The translations under genes were made by a program, and so were the position numbers. From positions 17,429,653-17,493,652 of the forward strand of contig NC_134028.1 in assembly GCF_964204645.1 (NCBI RefSeq): a stretch of DNA of 64,000 bases, in the 5' to 3' direction. This DNA is from Tubulanus polymorphus. Its lineage: Eukaryota; Animalia; Nemertea. Positions within the stretch are counted from its first letter, which is position 1; every line of letters starts with the position of its first letter. This document shows positions 13,555 through 26,266 of this stretch, in pieces. The notes below the pieces were generated by a model. That model was given only the letters and a program-made list of their open reading frames with translations. It was not told the origin of the DNA and searched no databases.

Positions 13555-14182
13555 ATGAATAAGGAATTATTTATATTTGAGCCTCATAATATGTTAATTT
13601 CTGGCGTAACAAATTGTGGAAAAACTTATTTTATATTAGATTTATTAGAAACTGTTTATAAAAACTATTTTGGTAATATAGTATTATTTTGTCCAACATA
13701 TGAATTTAATCAAACTTATGATAGAAATATTACTAGAAATAATAAATTTATTATATTAGATCCTAAAACAGTAAAAGAAAATTTAGATAATTGTATTAAA
13801 ATAGCAATTGATATTTATAAAGGATCAAATACATTATTCATTATAGATGATTGTGCAAATTTACATGATTAAAAAATTAGAGAGAGTGAGTTATGCTATT
13901 TAGCTTTCTCTGGGAGACATTTCGGGATAACAACATGGGTTTTAAATCAAAAATATAATTCAATTGTTGAAGACTTTAGGGAGAATATAAGATTTCTAGT
14001 TTTATTTTTTAAATAAAGATAGAAAATCTATGAAAAATGCGCTTGAGGAAAATGATATTATTCCGCATGATTTACATAATGAATATATGGATAAATTGAA
14101 AAATAATAAAAGATCAAAATTACTATTTAGATTACAACACCCATTTAAATATGAATTTATTCAAATTCAACTAGCTTGTTAA
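13555..14182 (+). pseudogene. Polinton A32/FtsK-like packaging ATPase
   Basis: Walker A GVTNCGKT and Walker B LFIIDD. GRHFG..LNQKY..FREN follows a premature stop at 13870, and there is a later frameshift. Confidence 0.9.
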
Positions 14183-14440
14183 TCTATTACATATTTAGTT
14201 ACTTTCTAGTTGAATTCTAGTTATTGGTAGTTGAAACAAAAAAATAAATAAAAACAACAATATTTTAACTAGCTTGTTAATCTAGTATATTTTTAGTTAC
14301 ATTCTAGTTGAATTCTAGTTATTGGTAGTTGGAATAAAAATCAACTAGATTTAACAAGAAATAAATAAAAACAATAATAATTCAACTAGTTTGTTAATCT
14401 AGTTGATTTTTAGTTACATTCTAGTTAAATTCTAGTTGCA
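14168..14440. repeat. Intergenic repeats of about 100 bp with CTAG-centred palindromes (about 3 copies)
   Basis: AACTAGCTTGTTAATCTAG...GTTACATTCTAGTTGAATTCTAGTT recurs at about 14170, 14267 and 14384. Confidence 0.7.
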
Positions 14441-14469
14441 ACATCACAACTAATTTTTTTGTTATATAA

Positions 14470-15361
14470 ATGGTGGGTGAAAAGAAAAGAAAATCTAAAA
14501 ATGGTGATGTTCCAATTGAAAAAACTTTAGATGATTTAGGAATAACAGAAACAAAATTAACTCCAGATGATGGTGCTTTAAATAATGTTACAACAAATAA
14601 TAATCATGAATATTATCTTTATTGTAAACATTAATTAGAAATATTAATAGCATCTGGAAAATGTAAAAATTTTATCGGTAAAAATTTAACTTAGAATTAG
14701 ATACAATGAAATCAAATGAAATTATTAGATAATTTAGGATTTATGAAACCGCGAGAACAGCTAGAATTAATGACGCGATATCAGAAAATGTAGTAAAAGG
14801 TTATAGTAAATTATGTAATTATATACTACCAATTGAAGATGAAAATAGATTATATTCCGATTTAAAAAATGATTATTTAGTTATGACTGAATTAAATAAA
14901 TGGATTGGATATTTATCATTTCAATTAGGCGGATTTATGACATTATTATCAACTGGGGTTATAACATTTTCAAATATTGAAAGTAAAAATATTTCTATAA
15001 TAAATGAGCGAGGTGGAAGAAGTGAAGGAATTAACTGTGAAGAAAAAACCGAGAACTCAGAAACAAATTGAATGGTCTCGGCAATTAGGAATTAAATCAC
15101 AAGAATATAAAAAAGCTGTAAAAGAAAAAAATAAGTAATAAAAATGGTGAAAATATTGTTATTTCTACTCCTTCTAATAACAGAATATTTGATAAATGTC
15201 TATATTTTACAGTTGGATTTGTAATTGTATTCATTTTGATTGGGTGTAATTGGTATAAGAAATCAAATAAAATTCATGATATTTATAATTCTGAAACAAC
15301 TGCTATCAAAAATGAAAATACTTCTGAAATTCCAAAATTGATAATAAAAAAAATGGATTAA
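14470..15361 (+). pseudogene. Two decayed Polinton ORFs downstream of the ATPase (unknown function)
   Basis: MVGEKKRK..IYETARTARINDAIS..LGGFMTLLSTG, and overlapping MSEVEEVKEL..KQIEWSRQLG with a hydrophobic segment. An inverted paralog lies at 30480-31240. Confidence 0.65.
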
Positions 15362-15511
15362 TATTTTAGAAAAAAAGCAAAAAAATAATTTTTTTTGATT
15401 AATTGAATATCTCACTACTTTTGTCTATCTATGCGGAGCAATTAAATTGTCCAGATAAGTCATTTCTGATTCTAGATATTCATTATTTTTATTAATTTAT
15501 TTTTCTAAAAT

Positions 15512-15790
15512 TTAATCAACCATTTCTAAATCATGATGGCCATCTTCATTTTTTCCATGATAGATTATTTTAAATCCTTCTAAATCTTTTATTTCCTCTG
15601 TATTCCATGAAACCCATTTATCAGGTACAAATACTTTAAATTCTCGCGATGTACTAACATTGCAGTAGCTTAAATTAGCTGATACTTTCTCTCCATATTT
15701 AGTTTTTATCTTTTCTAATTTCAATATTTTATGTTCAATTTCTTTTGTAACATCAACTAACTTTTTTATTTCAAAATTGTTTTTTTGCTG
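15512..15790 (-). pseudogene. Small Polinton TKYG-motif protein, 5-prime truncated
   Basis: IKTKYGEKVSANL..FKVFVPDKW..IIYHGKNEDGHHDL. Paralogs at 30050-30326 and 48389-48735. Confidence 0.65.
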
Positions 15791-16091
15791 GTTTTATTCT
15801 GTTATTTATTGTTGCTAATTACTTGTGGTGATGAGTGGGGATTACTTCCCCTTGTATATAACAAGCACGCTATTAACCGTTCTCACCCAAGCCTCACAGC
15901 ATCTATTTATCCGGGCACAGTTGACACGCAATCACTGTACTACAGTAATAGCACACGCGTTAATAACCGTTCTCAGTAGCGACTCACTGTATCGATCTAT
16001 CCACGCGCAGTTGTTGTTACGCGCACTCACTGTATGTGTGTATCACAGAGCCATCGTCCGTTCTCACTAGAGCCTAGCTGTGATGAGTGTT

Positions 16092-16139
16092 GTCTCGACC
16101 TCTCGACCTCTGGTATGAAAACGCCATTTCCTAATTACT
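16092..16139. mobile_element. Polinton terminus (outer arm ending TTACT) abutting the middle of a pPolB gene
   Basis: CTCGACCTCTCGACCTCTGGTATGAAAACGCCATTTCCTAATTACT aligns with 19435-19480. Confidence 0.75.
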
Positions 16140-19071
16140 TACAACAAAGAAGTAACCAGTCTCTGAATCATCTGCAATATCTAGAATTCTTTTCTTCCAA
16201 TCAAATTTATCATTATTTTCATGTTGTAAAACTTCAGTTATTTCAAATACTACATAAGGTCGTGGTTCCATCATTGCCCAACCATATAGATTATTTGCAT
16301 CTATATATAATAACTTATATCCAGGGTTATCATTTACATTAAAATATCTATCGCCTAATACACCTGAAACTCCTTCTCTTATAGATTTTTCAAATAATAA
16401 TAATTGATCTATATTTGTTAACAAATCCATTTTTATATCTGTAAATTTTAATCCACAATCCCATGTTAAACCTGGTGATGAATAACAATGACAAGGATCA
16501 ATGTTAAAATATTTTAAGTTTACATCTCTAAACCTTTCAAATATATCAGTTAATAATAATACATCTGATTTTAAATATAAATCCTAATAATACTAATTGC
16601 CCATGATTTTTCATTCCAAAATGATTCCAAATATTCAATGTTCTATTATATACTTCATCTTTAACATATTCATTTTTTAATTCATCATAGAATTGTTCTT
16701 TTATAAGTTCAGTTATATTAAAATCATTATGATTTTTACAGAAAGAATATGGAATCGCTCCTTTATATCTCATTAATTGGAAATCATCATTATTTGGGTA
16801 GTGTTGTTTTAATATTTTTAATTCATCATCAACTAATGATTTTGATAAGTTATCTAATGAACTATTTAAAAATCTATATGAATCTATAAATCTTAGGCAA
16901 CCAAATTGGAATGATGTATAATTCTCAGATGTTCTAGCTAACATTTTAAATTCATAAGTTGGTATTTTATCTTTTGATCTATTTGAATTTAATCTTTCTA
17001 TTTCATTATTGATTTCTTCTATTTTATGACATAACTGTTTGATAAATAAATGTGCATCATATCCTGATGGATTATGAAATATAACTGGAACAAAATTGAT
17101 TTTCTTTGCTTGCAAATTACAATTCTCATGCGCTGCGCCTCTAAACTTTCCATTCAAATGATCATGGTCTCTTACTTTTTTATCTTTATAATTAAATATC
17201 TTTTCACAATAATAACATTTACCTGCAAACACAAATTCTTCTTTATCTTCTTCTGTCATTATCTTTTCACAATAATAACATTTACCTGCAAACACAAATT
17301 CTTCTTTATCTTCTTCTGTCATTATCATTTCTTTATTTGTATTCAATAATTTACTAAATCTTATTTCATATTCAATTAATAAGTCACAAAAATGATTGAT
17401 AACATTTTCATTTCTATAATGATAATATTCACTTTCAATTAGTTCTGCATAATCAGATTTTATATATAACCCGAAAGCTGCAGCCGATTGATGAATCTTT
17501 TTAATAGTATTTGCTTTTGGTGGTTCATCTGAAAAATCATTTTCATTAGAATTTAATTTCTTTCTTTTATAATATATTTCTTTTCTATCTTGATCAGTTA
17601 ATTCTTTATTAAATGATTCAAAATCTCCATATATAACAAATGGTACTTTATTTTTGTAATCATATTTTTGAATTCTAATATCTTATCATTTTCATTTGGT
17701 AAAACTAATTTACAATAATCATGATTTTCACATAATTGTTTATGATTTAATAATGTACTTTCATTACTGAATCTATGTAAACATTTTCTACAAAGATATA
17801 TTTTATGGTGATCATTTTCTGATTTAAAAAAAAAATCGATTTGTTTAATCCACATATAATGATTTTCATAATATAGTATCTATAAGATCATTTGAATCAT
17901 AATCTTTTGATAGGTATAAAGGTTCTAATGTATGATGTTTTATATTGTTACCTTTTGTTTTTGGTAATTTGATTAAATCAAATACATTTATTTATAAATT
18001 ATTATCTCTTTCTATTTTTGGGATATTTTAAATTCTAACAGGATACTTATCTATCTTATAATTATTTTCAAATTGTTTATAATTTTTTAATCTAAAACTA
18101 TGTGTAATATCTTCTGTTTGGTGTAAGCAACTTATAATTGTCCATAGAAAACATTTATCATCAAAATTTTGTACATTTATAACAGCATTAGTTTTAAATG
18201 GTAGTTTAATATAACTTGATGCTTCAATATCTGGTTCTTTATAATATGATACATTATTTTCATCTATTGGTTTTGATTTAGTTAACTTATTATATTTTGT
18301 GTTATACACATGTAAAGTCATAAATATTATCTCATCAAATATTAAACCAGATCCTTCAAAATATTTCTCTTCTATTTTAGTTTTTATTTCATTATAACAT
18401 TTATCTAATTTATCATCTATATGTTGTTTAGATATAATATGTTGTGAATGAGAATTTATATTATATATTGGTTTATCTTCAGATTTTATAAATTTAACTT
18501 TAGAAGATATACTAATTTTAGGGTATTCAACATCAGTAATTATTTTCATAATATTTTTCATATTTTCTAAATGTTTTTTATTTTCTTCTAATGTTTTACC
18601 TTTATGAAATTTAAACTCAATAGCTGCTGGACCAATATCACTTTTAAATGCTTCGGTTATTTCTATATCTTTTTTATTATCTAATGAATTAATATAATTT
18701 CTTACATCTTCCATGTATGGTCTTTTATTGTTTAATTTATTTCTTATTCTTTTAATTATCTTATGTTTATTATCATCGTCATTATCAAAATAATCTTCAC
18801 CTAAAATATCATTATTCATATTTCTAATATGACTTTTAGATTTTAAATGTTCATTATAATATCTTTTATCACTGAATGATTGATTACATGTACCACATTT
18901 ATATATTTCTTTTTCATTCTTTAATTCATCTAATTTAGTTTCTAATATATCATCTTCATATTCTAATTTCAATTTATTCTCTAAATGTGTTTTAGTTTTA
19001 TTGTGTCTTGATTTTTGGGATTTATCTATATTCATTTTACACGTTGAACAGTAGTACTTATTTGTTTCCAT
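16140..19071 (-). pseudogene. Protein-primed family B DNA polymerase, copy 1 (N-terminus to just past motif A)
   Basis: N-terminal C2H2-like fingers; SSYIKLP..INVQN.DDKCFLW; PFVIYGDFES; RDHDHLNGKFRGAAHENCNL; FHN.SGYDAH; RFIDSYRF; YLKSDV; LYIDANNLYGWAM. Multiple frameshifts. Confidence 0.95.
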
Positions 19072-19480
19072 TTTAATACTAATTTTTTTTCTAAATTGAT
19101 TTTAGAAGTTCTTCATTTATATTTTATTCATTTATATGTTATTCAATGATTTAAATATGAATTATTTCAATCACACTTTACTGACACTTTTAATGTTTAA
19201 AAATCTAACCCATACAAATATAAATATTGAAATATGTTTAAAATATATCTATATATCTATTTATAAGAGCTCGTTAATTACTCGTTACTTTTTACTCACA
19301 CTTTACTAACACTTTTATATTGAATAAGCTATCAATTTATATGTTATTCATATATATTTTATTCATGTATATGAATACTTTAAGAGTAATAGGGGTAATG
19401 GGCTTTCATATCAAATTTTTCATTTTTTTACGAGCTCGACCTTTCGACCTTTGGTATGAAAGCCCATTACCCCTATTACT
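19072..19480. repeat. Polinton terminal repeat region ending in a palindrome (19385-19480)
   Basis: AGTAATAGGGGTAATGGGCTTTCATA ... TATGAAAGCCCATTACCCCTATTACT. Subterminal (T)TTACTCACAC motifs are shared with 25490-25790. Confidence 0.8.
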
Positions 19481-21866
19481 GTTGTTGGAAATCTTATGCT
19501 CACCTTGCTGCAACGAATACGTAAACCATCAGCTTTTAGAAAGCAGCCAATTACTATGAAGGTTGATTTCGATTGTAGCTACAACATCAAACCTGATAAG
19601 GATTTAGTAATCGGTTCTGCGGCCCAAGACGTTCTCGATAATGGAGTCGCTTCTAACACTAGAGCAAAGTTCTACAAAGATGTTGCCAAATCCTATCGGT
19701 GTGTGCTATCTTACATCAAACTGAAAATCAATCCAGAAGATCAGCCATTGTAATTTCGCTCCATATTTCGTAATTTCTGGGTCCTGCTAAAGTACAAAAC
19801 TACGAAATTACGAAATATGAAACGTAATTACGAGATATGGAGCGAAATTACGAAACTACGAAATACGAAACTAAATTACGAAATGGAAATTTTTTCGCCA
19901 GTAGTGCTGAAATACGAACCGAAATACGAAACGAAATGGTCACATTTCAAACACACGCCCATACTATGGTCAAAGCTCGTTATGACGCTACGGGACTGTA
20001 AAAATCTCGGCGGTGCATGAAAATGATCTTTTGAAAGTACCATATTCAAGAATTTATTTTCTTAAACTGGAGGGTTTTTAGAACGCCATTTCCACGAACT
20101 CAGACGCGGTAAAGAATAGTGAAATGATAGGCCCTACACATGGACTACATGACGATCTTTTTACCGCTTAACAGCGTAGTGACGAGCAATTTGAAAAAAA
20201 TTCCGGCCGTGAATTTTCTTTTAGAATCCGCATCCCTTGCAAAATCCAGACTTTTAAGCTCCTCAGCAGAGGAGAAACGAGGTATCAATTTTTTAGCCTA
20301 AACACTGCAGGATATATTTTAAGGCACACTTCGTTCTCTAACCCGTAATTTATTAATCGCTACCTTCCAGTTGTATATGAGCATGCGCAGATCATACTCC
20401 CTGATGGCATCGCTAAACTCAGTCGCGGCACGGAACCCTGCCACACTAGACCGGGTGCGCATGTTTAAGCCAGCTCCACGAATCCGCTGCTATAGCGCAA
20501 AAAATTACAAAATTTTTGTTTCGTATTTCATTTTATACTTTAGCAGGACCCGCGAAAAAAAGACCATTTTGTTTCGTAGTTTAGCATTTCGTATAGTATT
20601 TCGTTTCGTACTTTAGCATTTCGTAATTTCGTTTCATATTTCGTAATTTCGTAGTTTCGTACTTTAGCAGGACCCTGATATCAGTCTTAGACGTGTGAAG
20701 ACGTTTTCGAATATGAAGTATTTTCTTAATACCTATCCAGTTGTGAAGAAGTCACTAGATATAGACAGCCTGGAAGACGAATCTAATGATTACACAACTA
20801 TGAGTGATGACGAACTACCAGTAAACCTCTTTACCATTACACCACCTAATGGAGAACCTACACATCGGTCTGCAGAGGAACAATGGCAGATGATTACAGA
20901 GTTAGTTGACCTTACTGGAGCTACAAGGTAAATATATTTATTGTTTAGTCAACATCTCTTTACTCTGAACTATGCTGAAATTTCCTGAGAGACAAAAATT
21001 GAAATTTGAACCCTGCAAGTGCAGATTATTTTCACTTTAATGGAAGTGCTTACAACATGCCCTCTTTTTTATTGATAGGTTCAAGACCCTGCCTAGGATG
21101 ATGATGACTATTCTCCTATTTCCAGTTAGTAACGCTGGATGTGAGCGTGTATTCAGCACCATAAGGAAAAACAAAACAGACTTTCGGGGCAGCCAATCTC
21201 CTAAAGTTCTTGAGTCGCTGGTGATCCTGAAAACAAGAGGGGGAACCTGTCATCTAAATAACCATATCAATGATTTGCTTAAGATGTGTAAATCAGCAAC
21301 TGCTAAATCATTAAAGCAGGACTAACTTTTCATTATTCCACATAGTAGATAATTAATTATTAGGTATTTTTCTGTTGTGTTGTGATAAAAGTTATTTTTG
21401 CAATTACAAAACATAATGTGATCGAAGCTTGAGTGATATGTAATGTGTGACAATCATTCTGTCCAGCAGTATTTCTATGGTTAAAGTACTATATTCATAG
21501 ATGTTAATTATGTATAACATGTGTATCCAGATGTATTCTTGACAAAATCAAAAGTCTCAGTTTTATTAATATGTGGGCATAGCCAGTGTAGCCACGTGAT
21601 TTATTTATGACAATCAATTACTGCAGTATTAGTTTTAATGAATACAATTAATTTCACTTAAATCAAAGGTTTTGCTTCTTTTTAAATTTACTACTAGATG
21701 TAATCTTGATTTCTGGGTTTTGTGGGGCTTTTACTTATTTTCTTTGAAAATACAGGTTCTTTTTTTTTGGAAATTTAACAAATTTTGAAAATACAGGAAA
21801 ATCATCGAAAATACTTAAAATTTTGGTTTGTGCTACTTTAAAATTTTTGGGGGGTTGGCACCTCTT
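19481..21866 (+). mobile_element. Second hAT element: 3-prime part of transposase (stop at 21325) and right end
   Basis: SYNIKPDKDLVIG matches SYNILPDKDIMIG of element 1. EEQWQMI; intron about 20928-21078; FPVSNAGCERVFSTIRKNK; end GGTTGGCACCTCT at 21853-21865. Confidence 0.82.
19779..20675. mobile_element. MITE/foldback element inserted in the hAT transposase
   Basis: GGGTCCTGCTAAAGTAC(ACGAAAT)n ... (ATTTCGT)nGTACTTTAGCAGGACCC. The hAT reading frame resumes after it. Confidence 0.8.
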
Positions 21867-21869
21867 AAC

Positions 21870-22350
21870 TGAGTTACGACATAAACGATTATCGCTCACA
21901 AACTTATATCCGTGCTCGACTATTGAATACTTCTGACAGTTCACGGACGCGTGATTTTCGCAACAATATACACAATTACGACTCGTACCAGGATATTTAC
22001 TGAATCTATTAAATTTGCTACCAGAATTTACTCCTGACTGGGTTTGTGTCAAAAATGCAGAACATTGGACATCTTGTGATTCAGTAGAATTATTAGAATA
22101 CAGTTCCAGTAAATCTTGCTCATTAGATAGAGATAGTAATGATTCGTCTAGAGTCTTTGACCAAGCGACCTCGAGAAATATTTTGAACAACGGGTAGTGG
22201 TAATTTCTTCAAAATAACCGGAACTAGCATATCCCCGTACGATTCGGATTTTTTAACCTAATGTATCAAGTGAGCGCACATACATATTGATATTATCATA
22301 GAACAATCTAAGACTAGCAGCGGTATGCGATGGTTTTTTAATTTCTAACG
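21870..22350 (-). pseudogene. BEL/Pao LTR retrotransposon gag fragment
   Basis: LRLFYDNINMYVRSLDTLG, SESYGDMLVPVILKKLP (frameshifted), then Zn knuckle CVYCCENHASVNC..RLCRN. Confidence 0.7.
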
Positions 22351-22558
22351 TTGCTACCATATCATTATTTAAACAAGAGATCCACATATCTTAATATCTC
22401 TGGCGCAGAATGTTATCTTTGTAATGTATAGGCGCCATCTGATTGATGCATCTGTAAGGTTTTCCTTGAACACTTCATGGATGAGTAAAATCTGCTGATT
22501 TCTGTGAACAACATCATCAAAATCTAATCAGCAATCATCGCGGCAATACACGAGGTGT

Positions 22559-22788
22559 GGGCCTATTCGATTGTGCGCGCATAATCTTCCGTGAAGTAGC
22601 GTATCGATTGAATCTTCGGCTATTTGCATAATGAAATAGATATGGGGAGACGGAATCGATACTACGGCTATCAAATTAAAAATAAACATATAAGACTCTC
22701 CCATGACTGAGAAATGAGAAACTAGAACCGAGCAGATTAATAGATAAGATTAAAACACCGGTTTGTCTGCGTCAATCGAATATGCCCT
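22559..22788. mobile_element. Small MITE-like element
   Basis: Inverted ends GGGCCTATTCGATTG / CAATCGAATATGCCC. Confidence 0.45.
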
Positions 22789-24202
22789 TACATTGATTGA
22801 CAGCAGGAGCTCAGCCAACCGCATGGAGCAGTCTAGCCGTTTTATGAAACAAAATGCTCCACGAAATTTCTTTAAAAATCGCCACAAATTCATCGATTTC
22901 TCTTAAATGAACGCGATATTCAAAATTCCATTTCCAACAGATTTTAGCCGCATGATGAAGCTACATTTTGCACATAAATATAGTAGATTGCATGACTTCG
23001 TGTCAAAGTTATAACCTCATTTGTTAGCAAAAATTCGATTTTGGACCCATTACAACATAACAACATCAGATAAAAAAAGAGAAACAAATAGATTGGTCAA
23101 ATAATGTAAGTCTACCGTTTTACCATCCTGTACCTAATTTTTTGTATGCCTACAATTTTATGAACTGTAACAGTAGAAAAGCGAGTGAGAGAAGGTATGA
23201 ATGCGAGGGTGAGTGGGAAGTGTGTATTTGGGTACTTGATGCTACAAGTGAAAACTTTAAACAGGTTCACCCTGCAAATATATATGTTAAAAAACAATTA
23301 TGTATGTACTACTTTATTATATAACTCATGTTTATTAGCAAAATAAAGAATAATAATAATAATAATATACGCATGAACCAATCGTCTGGATTGACCAAAA
23401 CGATCTTGAATGATTTTAACAGCATGAGAAAACGTTCCGCCGCCGGACGACCAATAGGGTTAGACCTGGGAAACCAAACGACGTAAAGCCAAACAAACAA
23501 TCATAAGCGGGCCTCCCTCAGCTGCTCAGTGACACCGACGCCGGCATCGCTCTCTGTGCTTACGTATAACCGGTTGATCAACGTACCTATTGTGCCTCAG
23601 AGGATCTTGCATTCAGAAAAATCGTTCTGTTATTCTGTATTATTCTGTTATTATTCTGTAGGGCCTAGCAGTTCATGCAAACAACCACAGTCAGTCGAGA
23701 TTACCCTAGCAGTAGTACATCTTCGATACGAATCTCGTGTCGCAAGTGCCGGAACTTTTGTATTAAATGGAGTTTTTTTATACAAATCTTGATTGATATA
23801 AACACTTAGCTGGGAAATGATGGGAAAAATCAGAATAAACCAGTTTGGTCTTTTTAACAGAATCGCATTAATGAGGTTTAACAATACAAATAGCCCAGGT
23901 TAAATCGTTCGGCAGAAAAATGAAATTCATTTTAGTAATTGGTAATGTGTTTGTTCATACCAAAGGTCGAAGGGTCGAGCTCGTAAAAAATAAAAGAATT
24001 CTTGCTTTCTTACTTTCTTGGCAAGAATCTTGGTTTCTTACTCGTACCTCTCGTACGTAGATATATAAATAGTTTTGTAAAAATTATAAATATAAATTAT
24101 TAATCTTGGTATAGAAATTTAAGTGAAAACATACAATTTATTCATTTTTATATATTTCAGCCAATTTAACAGTCTATTGCTTAATTTAAATTATGTAACC
24201 TA

Positions 24203-24415
24203 TCATTTAATTCGTGAAATATATCTATGATTTCTCAAACTCTTTTTATTTTTATATTTCTTATTGCATATTTCACAACACTTAATATTATTCAATCTAT
24301 CTGAAATATAATTTATGTTATCTTTTAAATCAGCGTATCTAATCTTGCAATTATCATAGAATTCTAACAACTGTTTTATACTATGAATTGAAAATGAAAC
24401 TAATCCTGTAAGCAT
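24203..24415 (-). CDS. Small C2H2-like zinc finger protein (possibly partial)
   Basis: CEICNKKYKNKKSLRNH. Confidence 0.5.
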   Translation of the reverse strand: MLTGLVSFSIHSIKQLLEFYDNCKIRYADLKDNINYISDRLNNIKCCEICNKKYKNKKSLRNHRYISRIK

Positions 24416-24851
24416 AATGATTGATTTAATATTCTGTTGATTTTTATATATTAGATGTAATAAATTTAATATATTTTAACTCATTTAATTATTCGATTAA
24501 TTCCCTAATCTGATTCAATAACTTTTTTATGATTATTTCTATGATTGTTTCCATTTAACTTCTTTAACTTTATTTTCAATTATTTACTCAATTTTATATT
24601 TTCATTCATCAAATCTTACTAATATTTTCATAGTAAAAGAAAAGCGCAGCCAATATTAACCCTCCTGCTATAAGATAATGTTTTAAATCAATTTTTCCCA
24701 GTTGGAATGAAACCATCCATTTATTTAACGAAAAAAAATTAAAAGATTAATAAGTAATTTGATTTATCTTATTTTGAATATGAATATTTAGAGTTGAAAT
24801 ATTATTGAGTTATGATATTTGAAATTTTCCAATTACTTATACAGCTTAATC

Positions 24852-25490
24852 TTATTTCAATATATATTTATTATTCTTTTCACATTCGATATGTTTAACT
24901 GTTTGATAATGTTTTGATTTATGTGATCTTAAATATTTACCTCCACAATAACAATACACTTTTTCATTAGGATTGAATTTTCTAAATTCATTATCTAAAT
25001 TACATTGAACTGCAATATCTTTGAATGATTTTTCATTATCTAATTCACATTGAATTCCAATATTTGATGAATTTTCATTATAAATAATTTGTTTATTATC
25101 AAAATTGAAATAATATAATTGTCTTTTTTCAATTCTTAAGTTAATCAAATCATTATAATCTTTTGAAAGTATTATATTACTTTTTCTTTCATTGAAAGGA
25201 ATTTTAAGAATATTTATTATGTTTTCATCTAAAGTTCCTTTAAAATTTAAAACTGTATTAAATATTTTAGGATTTTTGATTCCATTATCAAAAGCATCTA
25301 CTAGTTCAGTAATTAAATATGTTTCATTTGATAATATTTGATTAATCATAGTAATGTTATCAATTTTATAATGTCTTGTGGACACTAAATTTGTTGCTGA
25401 AATATAATTTTTAATGTTAAACTGTGAAAATATCTTATTGGTTTCATTGATTTCGATTTTGAATTTGGGTTCTTCTTCTTCTGTCTTCAT
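24852..25490 (-). CDS. 212-aa virus-like protein with C-terminal CxCG..H..H zinc finger
   Basis: Intact ORF ending KVYCYCGGKYLRSHKSKHYQTVKH. Its ATG directly follows the shared subterminal region. Confidence 0.65.
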   Translation of the reverse strand: MKTEEEEPKFKIEINETNKIFSQFNIKNYISATNLVSTRHYKIDNITMINQILSNETYLITELVDAFDNGIKNPKIFNTVLNFKGTLDENIINILKIPFNERKSNIILSKDYNDLINLRIEKRQLYYFNFDNKQIIYNENSSNIGIQCELDNEKSFKDIAVQCNLDNEFRKFNPNEKVYCYCGGKYLRSHKSKHYQTVKHIECEKNNKYILK

Positions 25491-26266
25491 TTTTATAACA
25501 AAAGTTTTATTAAAATGAATCTACCACATATAAATATAAATATTCAATGATTTAAATATGAATTATTTCACTCACGCTTTACTCACACTTTATATGTTAA
25601 AAATCAAGAATTTAACGCATATAAATATGAGTATTCAATGTTTTAAATATGAATTATTTTACTCACACTTTTTATGTTAAAAATTTATATTTTATCATTC
25701 GAAATCTATATTTGATCTTATTTTCTAGATTATTATGCTAATATTTTACTCTCACTTTTAAAACATGAATATTTTAAGAGTTAAGAGTAAATGGTAATGT
25801 GTTTGTTTTGTTCATAACAAAGGTTGAAGGGGCGAGTGTGTAAAAAATAAAAATAAATTCATTTTCAGCATACATGAAAATCGTACTAACACAAATTGAC
25901 CTTAAGACCTCTCAATCAACATCGCCATAGAACATTTGTCAGCAGATGTAATACATTAACCACAGCAATAACCACCACTAATACCATACCAGAGTATAAT
26001 CTTCTTACCAAAAATGCTTCAAGGACCATGGGCCTCTTGTTGGAAAATAGCCCGTACCTATTCAAGTAATTTGTATAAATATGGACTAACAATAAGTTGG
26101 TTATGAAACAGTTCAAAAAATTGTATTAAGTACAAAATCATCATTCTAATCGGTTGAAAAATGGAAGGCATACAAAAATATCTTCTACATTTTCTATATC
26201 TACGTAAATGAACAATCCCTTAAAGCAAGTTTTTGTCAAAGCTGATTAATAGTTTCCGTTTAATGG

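Larger units (their letters stand above)
23934..25859 (-). mobile_element. 1.9-kb non-autonomous element with Polinton-type termini and zinc-finger ORFs
   Basis: Starts AGTAATTGGTAATGTGTTTGTTCATACCAAAGGTCG; a similar arm begins at 25786. Flanked by CATTTT (23928-23933 and 25860-25865); the empty site is visible at about 34195-34210. Confidence 0.78.
23370..26045 (+). repeat. Interspersed repeat (SINE-associated), split by the 1.9-kb insert
   Basis: 23460-23933 joined to 25866-26040 is colinear with the uninterrupted copy at about 33790-34362. Confidence 0.8.

Noticed and set aside
15795-16090. Solo LTR or structured RNA between the TKYG ORF and the terminus
   Set aside because: It is GC-richer with short internal repeats, but I found no TG..CA boundaries with a TSD and no recognisable RNA motif. 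Left unassigned.
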